Translations under genes and position numbers: made by a program | Shown here: piece after piece, positions 9,401 to 57,936 of the stretch | Position numbering within the stretch: the stretch's first letter is position 1 | Layout of the letters: every line of letters begins with the position of its first letter | NCBI GenBank assembly: GCA_044892525.1 | Contig: CM097885.1 | Span: 18,292,001 to 18,356,000 of the forward strand | DNA: 64,000 nucleotides | Source: Schmidtea polychroa | Taxonomy: Eukaryota | Direction: 5' to 3' | The notes under the pieces: generated by a model | Seen by the model: the letters and a program-made list of their open reading frames with translations, nothing else | Databases searched by the model: none | Told to the model about the DNA's origin: nothing

Positions 9401-11001
9401 GCTTCAAAATCTCCTATTATTTCCCCCAATGATTTTAATAAATTTGAATGATTTTTAAAATGCATGTCTATCTTTGTAGGCATTTTAATTAAAGAAGGTT
9501 TATTCTTCTCACATAATCTTTCATGTTTAATTGTAGCATTTTTTGTTGTGGAATAATGTAAACATCTTTTACAAGTTGTTCCACCTCTAGCTAAATTTCT
9601 TGAACGCATAAGACTTTGAAAGTTTTTTATTAAAATATAATGTTGATTCCTTTCTAATTCTGGTAGGTCCTTCTCTTCTATGCCCTGGCCCTCTCCCTCT
9701 TCTTCTTCTGAGTTCCCAGAGGTCGCGAAGCTCCCAGAAATGAAGTTCCCAAATTCTTCCTCCGATTCCTCCTCTGCTTGAAGATTTAATTCTTGACATG
9801 ATTCATCATCATCAGAATTATATGGATAACCATTATTAACATCTCTATAATCAACTTTATTAAATTGCTCTATTATTAAAAGATATATTTCTCTATTTTT
9901 ATCTTCTACAGATAATTCTCTATTTGAAATATAAATTGGAATAATATGTTTTCTAAAATCTTCCTTAGATGGAGCATATTCATAAATATTAAGTTTAAGA
10001 TTATTTAATTCTTCAAATTTTGGAATATATTCAATTTTCATCGGGTGTTCAAATCCTTCTGGATATATTAATTCATTTTCATATTGTTCATATTTTTTAA
10101 CTCTTTGAGCATTCCTTGCTTGTGGATGTAAGTGAGCAAGTATTACCCATTGAAAACATTTATTATCAGCATTCTTTATATTTATAACATAACTCGAGTC
10201 GAATGGTGTTATGATATAAGATTTTGGATTTGGAGGTGCTGCTCTCCAATATTCAATTTCTATAGATTGGAAAGAATGAAATCTTAAATTTGATTCTCCC
10301 AATTCTTGTTCTATTTGTTCTTGTTGTTCTCCCATCTCTTTGCATAAATCATTGATGGTTTTATTTATTCCTTATGTTGAGAATAAATATTTAAAAATTG
10401 ATTCAACAATGGAATCTAAAGGGGATGTGTTCGCTCCTTCTCCTCTCCAATATTTTGTGGCGATTCTAACTTTATATTTTATAATGTTGAATCTTGATTG
10501 AGTAAAAATTCTTATAGCATTGTCCATTGAACTTTTTATGTTCTGTTTATTTGCTCTTATATATTCTGAGATTGTGGAGGAAAACATTTGTTCTCCAAAT
10601 ACATCTATATGATTGAAGTTATCCCAATTATATTTTTCCTTTTCAATATGTTCGGGCTCAACATCAGAATCCTCAGAATCAGAATCTCTTTTAGGTATTG
10701 GTTGTTTGTTTTTTATAGCACATGATTTTACATGTTTTAAATAATAAGATTTTATATTAAATTTTAATTTACATATGAAGCATTCAAATTTTTCTCTATT
10801 TTTAGGAACTCCAATACAACTTGAAAAATGTTTATCATATCCTGAATGTAAATATCTCACTTTACATTTAGTACAGATTTTAGAGTTTGAATTATTAAGT
10901 CTATTTGTTTTTAATAAACGTGCTTTTGATTTTTGATGAGATAGTAGAGCTGTTCTGTTTTTAAAAGTTTTTTGACAAACCTCACAACTATAATCATTCA
11001 T
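6384..11001 (-). pseudogene. polB: Protein-primed family B DNA polymerase polyprotein (Zn fingers, terminal-protein region, vOTU, exonuclease with EndoVII insert, polymerase); three lesions
   Basis: ExoI GDFEA, ExoII FHNLFGYD, KGVYPYDY, motif A YVDANALYG, motif B KLLNNAVFGKTMEN, motif C MDTDS. Lesions: in-frame TAA at 10372-10374, frameshift/deletion near 8524, missing base in the T7 run at 7940-7946. Confidence 0.95.
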
Positions 11002-11131
11002 TTTTTTAAAAAAAATTTTTATTGGATACTCTGTTTTTAAATTTTTAATTTTTTATATATTTATTAATTCAGAATGCCAAACTGGCAGCTTATATTTGCC
11101 AAGACGGCGACATGCCAGCACAATAATGATA

Positions 11132-11484
11132 AGTAGTGGACATAAGACCCACACGCACGAAACCTTTCCTGGAGATGTGGGATTTCCATTTCTTCTCCTT
11201 TTTTCTTTATATTTATAGGGTTTAAGGTTGGAAAAGTAAGGGTATTTGTTTTTGAAATAAAGGTAAAAAAGGATTAAAAATGAAAGGAATTATTGTCTTT
11301 TTACTATAAAATATAGGGATTGGTGAACACTTTTCCAGAGGGAAAGTAGGGGTATATGTTTTCAAAATAAAGGTAAAAAAGGATTAAAAATGAAAGGAAT
11401 TGAGGTCTTTTTACTATAAAATATAGGGATTGGTGAACACTTTTCCAGAGGGGGTGAGGGCGTGTGGGTCTTATGTCCACTACT
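11132..11484. repeat. Terminal module: 25-bp perfect inverted repeat enclosing a 110-bp tandem duplication
   Basis: AGTAGTGGACATAAGACCCACACGC (11132-11156) and its exact reverse complement (11460-11484). Direct repeats at about 11231-11342 and 11341-11452. Confidence 0.9.
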
Positions 11485-14061
11485 AATAATAATAATAATG
11501 AATAAAATTAATTTACATCTTGAGACCACTGATAATAATGTTCCGAGTCCCATAGACTTTTTTCAATAATAATTTTCATATAAGTGAACCCTACAATAAT
11601 TCTTGTCCACTTCATTTATTCATCGCAGAGACATTGAAATATATTGTTAAAATAAATCTTCTTTGATACAATCCATATCGAGCATGTTCTGGTAGCCTTT
11701 AATAATTTTTTCGGTCCAATTGATTAGGAAACTGAGGCTTTCCATAATGTTTCTGTTGAATATCTCGTTTAACAAGTTTTTGATGAAATTTGTTTGTGTC
11801 ATTTTTTACAGTAATTTAAAATATAATGTTTTATTTATACTAATAATGTTTATGATTCTGATTGGTTGATAGACTATAAATGCAAAGCATAATAGATTTG
11901 ATTTTATACAACATGAATGTGTTATTTCTATTGGTAATTAGTATAATGAGTGTGTGCTCACACAATACAACAATAACGGTGGAGTCTTTTAATAAATTAA
12001 TATATGTCTTAGTGAGCCGTTACACGACATTAACAAAATCTATATAAATATTATATACAAAAACGAAACGTAGCCTAAATGGGAGATCAGTAACGAATAA
12101 TGATCAATTAGAACACAATTATGGCCAATCAAATATTACATATAACAGCACATTAGTTGGAACATCTCAGTCTACTCTAACTCATTCCAAGAGTCAATCA
12201 AAATTCATGCAATCATCTAATACTTCTTATTATCAATCAGGCTCTATAAATCAATCTCAGAAGAGAAAAGCAAATTCGATGCCATGTTATTATTATCAAG
12301 ATTCACTGTATTCGGCTCCTAATAGTGTTAGCTCTCATAGACCAACATCTTCATCCATTCCCCATTCACAATCACCACAATTTCATATGGGAAATACACC
12401 ATCTAATTTAGTCCAGCAAAGTAATACTGTTTCAGAGGTAATTCAGCCATGTATCGTAGAATCTTGCAGTGGAGTTCATGAACATGTAAATTCCCAAAAA
12501 TCTCTCCAAATAAGCCAAGATGTTGAAATGGTTCCGTATTTTCAAATAAAACAAATTCAAGTCTAATAACAAAAAAATATGGCTACGTCTAGCTACTATA
12601 ATGATTTATTACAGTATTAATATTGGCATCCGAATGCTAAATCTCATTAACATCAGACATTCATGATAGAATAACAATTTGATTTAATTTACTTTAAATA
12701 TTTTCTTATTTTAAAAAAAAGTGATTGCTATAAAAAGTTTGTATTTGGAAAATATTTTGTAATTACTTTTTATTTGGTAAATTACAAATAAAAAAGATTT
12801 TGCTGGTTGTTTGAATAATGCTATATTCTGGAGTTTTTAAATTAAGAAATTTTTAATTGCGGTTTTTTACTTCGCTGGTAACTTTTGGAATTTGGAACTG
12901 TATTAAAGAATTTTTAATTGAAAAATAAATATTTTCTCATTGGCATAGTTCTAATGTTTACAATCCGCAAAAATGGATAAACACCACATATGTGTTTGTC
13001 CAAATACCGCCAAGTTGATGGATATTTTATATATTATTGATAAACCAAAATGGTCAAAGCATCCAAGAAAAAGAATATCCGGAAGAATGGAAAATTTAGA
13101 AAACAGCTATGACCTATCATTTGAATATATAGAAAATATAAAACTTAAATTACTTGATCATACTAATGATTTCAATAAATCACTTGCTGAAAATAAAAAG
13201 AATATGAAAATTATTGATAAGAATATAAAAGATTGATTTAATAATATTCGAAATTAGAATAATAAAAGAATCGATAAAAAATTTTAAAACCATTTCTACG
13301 TTACCAATTTCAAACAAGATGGCAGCAAATATGAGTACGTCAATATTTAGACTAACATTGTTAATTTTAAATTATTTTATTGTTTAATATATGTTTTGAT
13401 TTGTCTTTAAATTACCTTTTGATTGATATCTTATTATTATAATTATTATTATTATTAATATTTCACGTGTAAATTTACCAAAGATGTCTTTATGTGAGTA
13501 ACAAAGATGTTACGCACTTAGTAACAATGACGGATTGATAAGTTATATTTAGATAACAAAGAATCGATTATATTTTCTATCCAATCGGTATTCTGATTGG
13601 ATAGATGTTACATATACTCGATTCTTTGTAATTCATATTTCAAAATGATCGAGAGGTAATTATAGTAGTTAAATATGTGCTTACGGCAGAAATTTAATAC
13701 CCCTTACAACTCAATAATTAATCAGAATTTAACAAATATTTTCATTAATTATTTCCTTTTATTTCATTATTTTTATTTAATTAAGTAACATAGTTTTATT
13801 TCTTTATTTTATTATTTAATTAATTTAGTTTAAATTTAAATTATTAATTCTAATATGTAATTCTTATTACTCTTTTTTACTAATTTACGCAAACTGAGAC
13901 AAAATTGTTCAAAATATAAAAATATATTAGTCAAACTTATTATACATTTAATTCAAAAAAAATCAATAAAAACAAATTTTTTAACAAATATTTATTTAAA
14001 TAACTTCCGGTATATCTTCAACTGTTTCTTTGAGTTGCGAGTATGATGGATCCGGATATAA

Positions 14062-14470
14062 TTATTGAACAGCAAATGAGTCACCTCCCATATAATGCCC
14101 ATATGCAAAAATTTTATTTTCCCCCACCCAAACCCTTTTATCATCTGCGTTGGTTAGTGCAGTTTTTTCATTTTTTATGGCGAATAGCTGGTGATTTTTG
14201 CTAGTTATTGTAGTTTGCTGCATAGAAAAAATTTGGTTAGTATTATAACAATCCAGGTACGACTGATGTTTTATGTCACTACCTTTCAATGTTACTCCTT
14301 TAGCTTTTTTAGATTCATCCTCGTCTAACAAGCTTTAACATTTAGGTCTAAGAAAAACCCACTCATTATATTTAAGACCTTTATTCTCGTCTTTGAACTT
14401 TCCAATGACAGAATCAAGGTTCTTACTGTATAAGGGAGAAGTAGGATCATAATTAAAATTAAAAATATTT
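14062..14470 (-). pseudogene. polB: C-terminal remnant of a second, divergent Polinton pPolB
   Basis: VIGKFKDENKG...WVFLRPKC*SL...KKAKGV...ITSKNHQLF...KTALTNADDKRVW...FAYGHY; one internal stop. Confidence 0.85.
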
Positions 14471-14644
14471 CGAAATATTTTAAAATAAAGCCTCCAATAA
14501 CTATTTATATACTCTATTTAAATATTTCAATAGATGTGTCAATTTTGATTTTTAAATCCTATCTTTTGAAAGTATACTTCCTAAAATTTTCTATATAATA
14601 TTTCTATATTCTATTTAATATTTATTATTTTTTTAATATATTAT

Positions 14645-16600
14645 CAGTTATTCTCAAGGTCAATGACAACAGATCAAATTCATGATTTCATTGATTTCTT
14701 CTTTAGTGTTGATTTTTGGCTGTCTGTTTATGATGAGAATTGCTTCTTTAATCTGACATTTTGCTTTTAGATGTTTCCATTAGCTGATTTCGATTGAAAT
14801 ATTTTTTCTTTCCTCTGTTGGTTGACATTGATGAAAATGTCTGTTTATCGAGGATGTTCCACCAGGATCTAGATGTTCTTTAACTCTTTGGTGCAAGGTC
14901 CTGAGTGTACTTCCAATGTTGATTTCATTGCATACATTGTACGATATGCAATATACGATGTTTTCTCTAAAGCACATATCTTTCTGTGTCTGACAGTATT
15001 TAATTGTGCAATTGTTTTCTCTATTTGTGTTGTTTGCCAGAGCTTTTCTCAATGTCCAAGATTTATGTGCTATCCGAATTGGAAGACCGGTACGTTTAAG
15101 TTCTTTCAGGATCTTGAAGTCGAGTATGTCACTGATGAATGGGATATTAAGATAGAAATATTTCTGATTCTTTTGTGTTAATTCCCTAGATCTTTTCGGG
15201 GTAGAATTCATTCTTTCAATGTCCTCATTTTGAGATCCGTTTCTGTGTAGGATTTAATTGAAATTTGATTATTGTTTTAAGTTTTCGTTTTCTTCAGTGC
15301 ATCGATTGGCTATTCTTCGTTTCTCGTTTCTTATGGCATGCATTTCTATAAGTATGGAAGCGCTGATCTTTGGTACATAAATATTTTTTGCGAGCTGGTT
15401 TTCTATAGAACCCGTATGTTGGAGTATTTGCTTCTATTTTAATTCTCAAATCCAATAAATTGAGGGCTCCATCTTCCGGATAGTCAATTTCGAACTTAAC
15501 AGTAACGATACTTCTCTATAATGCAAAATTCTCCCCCTTTGTCACTTGGTAAGTAAACGTATGGTTTCTTTTTAAGGGATTAAGCTTGTTCATCTTTCGT
15601 TAGGTTTGAGAGATATGGTTTTCTTCTTTCTTTCCTTCTTAACTATCTCCATGATTTTGTGGCAGACCTTTGAGAGTGTTGAATCTAATTCTGCATCAGG
15701 ATTTGGTTGATAGAGTTTATCTGTGTTTATGTATACTGGGAGCTTTTCTTCGCTATTGTCATTTTCATGAGGTGTTGTATTCTTCATTTAATCTGGTACG
15801 CAATGCGTCAAAGAGCTGTTTTGAAATTGAGGATGGCTGCTTCATCTATTTCTCTGTTTATACTGAACTTTGGTCCTAGTGAAAGTAATCCTTTTTCACC
15901 CTCGGATAGACAATTTGTGAGGTCGGTTACCAATTCTTTGTTCACTGTAATGCTTTCGTTTCCGTCCAGTGTTTCATTGTTCGTAACAAGGTCTGCTTTG
16001 ATCTCCTTTTTTCTCAGAAGGTGTTTGATTCTTTTGTCAAATCGTAGGGAATAATGTGCTTCTGCTGTCATGAAAGATTGTCTTTGTACCTCGTAGATCA
16101 ACTCTTTTGGGTGGTTATTCAAATACGTTTTCAAAATGTTTTCTTGATTCTTTTGTTCACGATGAGTGTCTCCGTACATACTTCTAATTAAATTTTGTAA
16201 AATATACTCTTTGGTGTTTTTATTTCCTTTGATGTTTTGATCTTTGTTGAGAATCTGAGGTTGTCAATTGTTGTAGGATAGATCTTTGTTTCCTTACAAC
16301 GGCGAAGGAAATTTATTTGGCAGTATAATTTCGCAATTTTCTCGTTGATTCTTGCTAAATTTTGTATTTCCAAGTATTTTACCCGGCTCAGGTCGGAATA
16401 TCCAGATAGCAGATTTAGATTAATGCTAAGTCCTGAAGACATTTCCAATTGTAAGAGGCAAATTTTAAAAACAATAAAAAATTTCAAAAATTTACAAATG
16501 AAGAGAGAAAAAGATAATCTTATAAGAACAGAAAATTTTAGTTCTTCAGAAGAATTAGCGGATATTCTTGAACAAGTTTGAAAGAAGAAAGAAACGTTTT
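14645..16600 (-). mobile_element. Penelope-like retroelement, degenerate, with most of the RT core deleted
   Basis: N-terminal LSEGEKGLLSLGPKF; RT end FEIDYPEDGALNLLDL...FYRKP; GIY-YIG NIVYCISYNVCNEINIGSTLRTLHQRVKEH and KEAILIINRQPKIN. Confidence 0.88.
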
Positions 16601-17007
16601 TTCAAATTAAATCGGAAAATATAAATTCCATATCTTCCATTAATAGTTCAGTTTAAAATGAGATGGAAATATACGAAAATTATCTAAGGCTGGTAAAAGA
16701 AAAAGAATTTTGGCAGCAACATAAAATACAAACACCTTTACTAAATCAGGTGGCCTAAATAATATTTGCAGTCTCTGTTACGCCAGTAAGCATTGAGAGG
16801 GCTTTTTCAGCTTTAAAATGTATACTATCATCACAACGAGCAAATCTAACAGAAGAGAACTTAAAAAAATATTTTAACTGTTAAATTAAATGAAAAATTT
16901 TTGAAAATTAAATAAAAGATTGTTCTTTTATTCTAAATTTTGAACCCGAACTTGAACCCTGGACTGAACCTGAATCTGAACCCAATTTTTCCGGGTTTCA
17001 GTCCCTG
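16600..17007 (+). mobile_element. hAT transposon 3' remnant
   Basis: EFWQQHK...AVSVTPVSIERAFSALKCILSSQRANL is the hAT dimerisation domain; GAACC subterminal repeats; ends ...GGGTTTCAGTCCCTG. Confidence 0.8.
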
Positions 17008-17723
17008 ATTTAAAATGCAATTTTAATATGGTTATTACTCATTCAGTAATCATTGGTATGTTAAAGAAAGATTAAGTAATTCACGTGGACAGCAATAATA
17101 ATAAAGAATGATCAAGATGAATTGTGACGCAGATGAGATAGGTTGCCATAATTAGGTTAAGATATACGTGACCTAGAAGGGTAAATCTGAAAATAGGAAA
17201 GTCACTGTCATGGTTTGTTTGACTGCATCACCAGACCCTGCTTATATATGGGGTTTTAAACTTCATTAATACTTCTTAGCGAATTACAATTTCAAAGTAA
17301 AACAAATTTTTCATTTAAATACTTACTCTTTTATTATTTTTCTTTACAAAATATTTTTTAATAGTAATTAATTATATATATGTTTAAAAATTTTATCTAA
17401 AACTTTAATTATTTGAACTTTTGTTATAATAAGAATAAAATTAAAATACTTAAGTGCAGAAAATATAAGTGAAAGTTATTTTGATTTTAGTGAAATTTCT
17501 CAAAGCGTTTCTCAAAGTGTTTAAATAACTTAATTTTTTAAAGTATTAGTAGGTAATTTTTAAAATTAATTTTAATGAATCACAATTGAATTGCGATTGG
17601 ATAGATGTTTAATAAATGAATGTCGTTTTTTTTAAAAATAACTATTTAATGATTGAAACTAACTTAATGTCTATACTAATCGTTTTATAAATTTTAGATT
17701 TTGGATTTACTTGAACTGAAATT

Positions 17724-54747
<37,024 letters not shown>

Positions 54748-54872
54748 TTTGCATCGCTGGTAACGCGAGAGCTGAGCATTTGATTTTGATCTCTAGTCAG
54801 CGGATTTATGATCAAATATTGACTGGAAGGCGGCATCTAGATATAGTTTGTCATTTATTCTTCATGTATATA

Positions 54873-54907
<35 letters not shown>

Positions 54908-55164
54908 GTAAAACTTTGCTGGATTTTCCAGCTAGCTTTCTATAATAATATTATATTGATATTGAACTCTGTTGTTTGGCCATTTCAGCTTTTATGTGAA
55001 TTGAATTTTTAATTTTTGTTTTTATCATTGTTTATTTTTTGGTCAACGATTTTGTTTTTTGTATGAAATCTCGGATAAATTATTGATTAAATTCAAGTTG
55101 AAGCGATTTAAAAATAAAATTATTAATCGATTTTTAATTTTTCAGATATTTGATCGTGTTTTTT

Positions 55165-55516
55165 GGTGCAAATTGATGCAAATGAATTTTTATTCGTTGA
55201 TATTATATCGATTTATAGTGCAATATTATTGATATTTCAAATTTTATCGATTTGATTGAAAATTAATGCAAATGAATTTTTATTGATTGATAATTCAAAT
55301 TTTATCGATTTAAGTGCAAATTGATGCAAATGAATTTTTATTCGTTGATATTATATCGATTTATAGTGCAATATTATTGATATTTCAAATTTTATCGATT
55401 TAATTGAAAATTAATGCAAATGAATTTTTATTGGTTGATAATATATATTTTATCGATTTAAAGTGGAAATTAATGCAAATGAATTTTTATTGATTGATAA
55501 TTCAAATTTTATCGAT
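55165..55516. repeat. Tandem repeat downstream of glypican
   Basis: AATT(G/A)ATGCAAATGAATTTTTATT...ATCGAT repeated five times, with a higher-order period of about 148 bp. Confidence 0.85.
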
Positions 55517-57461
55517 CATTTAAAAAAGTAGTGCCAAAAATTCGTGAATATAAAAAAAACATCGATGTCTTAACTGATTCATAATAAATTAATAAATACA
55601 ATGTCAATTAAATTATACAGTTTTTATGAATAATGAATGATTGAAATGTTTTGTCGATATTAAATAATTAGTAATTGTCTCAAGAAATATTGTTTTTAAT
55701 TATTATTATTATTTTATTTGAAACTTGTATTGAAATAAATTTTGGAATTATGAGTGATAAGTTAAATGTTTATATGGCGCCGGTCACTGGATTGGTGGTC
55801 GATATTGTAGTAGCTAAGAGTTTTCGAGCTAGTTTCCCGGCGCATAAATGTAAGTGATATGAACGACGAACTAGTTGCAGAATCGAATACTCATTGCATT
55901 TGAGTAAGTTACAATGAGTATCATGGAACAAAGGTATATGATGAACAAAAACAATATTATTATTTATATTATTATTATTTTTATATTTATTGAATTTATT
56001 AAAAAGAGAGCTTGAAGATTATAAATCAATAAATATATCGTTGGTTTTTGATTCTAACGAATTTTCGTTTATTCCAACGCGGAATTGAAAAGCCGGATCA
56101 AGGAACAGCCGATTATCGATAAGGGTAATATTTTCCCTTTACATCATCGAGTTCAAGAAACGATCGCATCGTCTAAGTCGATCTGTCACCATCATGGCCC
56201 GGAAGAATTTTCGTCACCGACACCCGACGTCGAGAAAGATGTAAGACCTATCGGCCTTCGGGAACCCGAACCGAGAATATCTTGAGCAGTAGTCCTAAGG
56301 TAGGACTCACCTACTCACGATTTCCGACCCGTGTGTACATCACCAACATGAATAATTTCATGGGTACACATGTGGGAGATGAACTGCTAAAATCATAATT
56401 GGGCGTTTAGGAAGGAGTCTTTCGTAGAGCCAACCAATCGGTTTCCCCTATCTATTTTGACACACCCCTAAGCGCCCAACACTATCATCTGGTAGAGGGC
56501 ACAGCTGTCACAACTAACTCAACTTATGTAGGGTGTACTCTACTGGTTTCAAGCTCGACACCACCAATAGCCCCGATCACTGGATCAAGCAGTAATCCCA
56601 TCATAATAGTGCCACAATTTATCAGGCCTGCAGTTCCAATAGAACCTCAAAAAAAAATTTCGGATGGTTAAAGGACCAAACGTAATCGTGTAAAGCAAGC
56701 CACTGAAACCACTTTCTCGGCTACTACCATTGTCCGCTGGAGGTCGATCTCCTGACCTACTGCGCGGGCTTGTCATGAACGCGTAATTCAGATGATGAGT
56801 TCAATCCCGACGAACTCCTAGCTCGGGCTGAAGACGAAATATTCTTAGAATGGTTCCTTTAGCTATCTGAACATTGTTATTATACTGAGTGTATTCACCG
56901 TTGCGATATATTTTGTCTTATTTACTTATTTTCATCTGTCAACCTATTTTGTAAGATGAGTAATTAATTCATCGCCGATTTTAACATTAATTTCACCAAT
57001 CTCACAGTATATTCCAGAAATCGGCCTCATTCGGAATTGAAAGGACCAAGCTTTGTAAAACCATCGACATAAGACTTTCTATCGGCATTCGCAGACCTGT
57101 AGAGAGGCCTTTCAACACAAGGACTCACCTGCTCTGTAGCTTTCACCGATTTATCATAATTCCAACATGGTTTGCGATCATGGATGCTTAGCCGTTTTGA
57201 AATAGCTATGTAGCAGCTTTCGGAAAATCGTACTCATCACGACTTAGGACTCTACTCTCACTAATATTTCTTTCCTACCGCCTCTTCGAACTTGCGTTTC
57301 CGTAAGCACCGACAGATTGATTAGCATCAAATAATGAGGACCATAACTATATTAACAAGAAATAGCAATAATACCAAAATTGAATATAAAATGATAAAGT
57401 GATGTAAGACCTTCTATTGGCACCCAGAATCCGAAAGTGAAAATGCAATAAAAAGTAGTTC

Positions 57462-57936
57462 GGTGGTACGGACAAAATGGTACAAACAAAATACGTCCGC
57501 ATCAATGAAGCACTTCACACCATGGTAGATCCGGTTACTTATTTGGGAGATATTGCGCGCGTGCTCAATATAAATGTTGTCTGACAGACACTGTATTACA
57601 TAAGTGTTTACTGTTTAAGCATAAACGAAACATTATAACTGAGTAGGTCTTTAGTCTTAAAGGTTTGACACTAGTTTTATTTATTTATTTATTCATTATA
57701 ATTTATATATTGTCTAGATTTTTCGATTTTTTTATTATTAATAAACGAAAGACGGAAAGAGTCAGACATTTATACTAAATAAAAATAATTTACTTATGCG
57801 TTAAGTCAATAATTAATTAAATGCATTTTTAAAAAAATTAAACTTTTTATTCTATTTAAACAAAGTTAATCTATACCATTTAATCCTAGTACCATTTTGC
57901 CCGTACCATTTTGCCCGTACCATTTTGTCCTAGAAC
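57462..57936. mobile_element. Mutator-like MITE
   Basis: Perfect 9-bp TSD AAGTAGTTC; GGACAAAATGGTAC / GTACCATTTTGTCC terminal repeats in tandem. Confidence 0.85.

Larger units (their letters stand above)
1..11484. mobile_element. Endogenous Polinton/Maverick (adintovirus-like) element, right portion; left part outside window
   Basis: Intronless, tightly packed gene block: packaging ATPase, pX-like protein, adenain, penton, fibre-like protein and pPolB. Ends in ...GTCCACTACT at 11484, matching the typical Polinton AGT...ACT termini. Integrase and major capsid protein are not seen in the window. Confidence 0.93.

Noticed and set aside
4222..9799. Short antisense or alternate-frame ORFs overlapping viral genes
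   Set aside because: Shadow frames of well-supported CDSs, with no motifs.
1..11484. Bacterial or phage contamination
   Set aside because: The gene set is eukaryotic Polinton-type and is contiguous with animal transposons and spliced host genes; a chimeric assembly cannot be fully excluded without reads.
56785..56842. Hammerhead-like words (GATGATGAG..., CTGAAGACGAAA)
   Set aside because: No stem II between CTGAAGA and GAAA; the core cannot be assembled.
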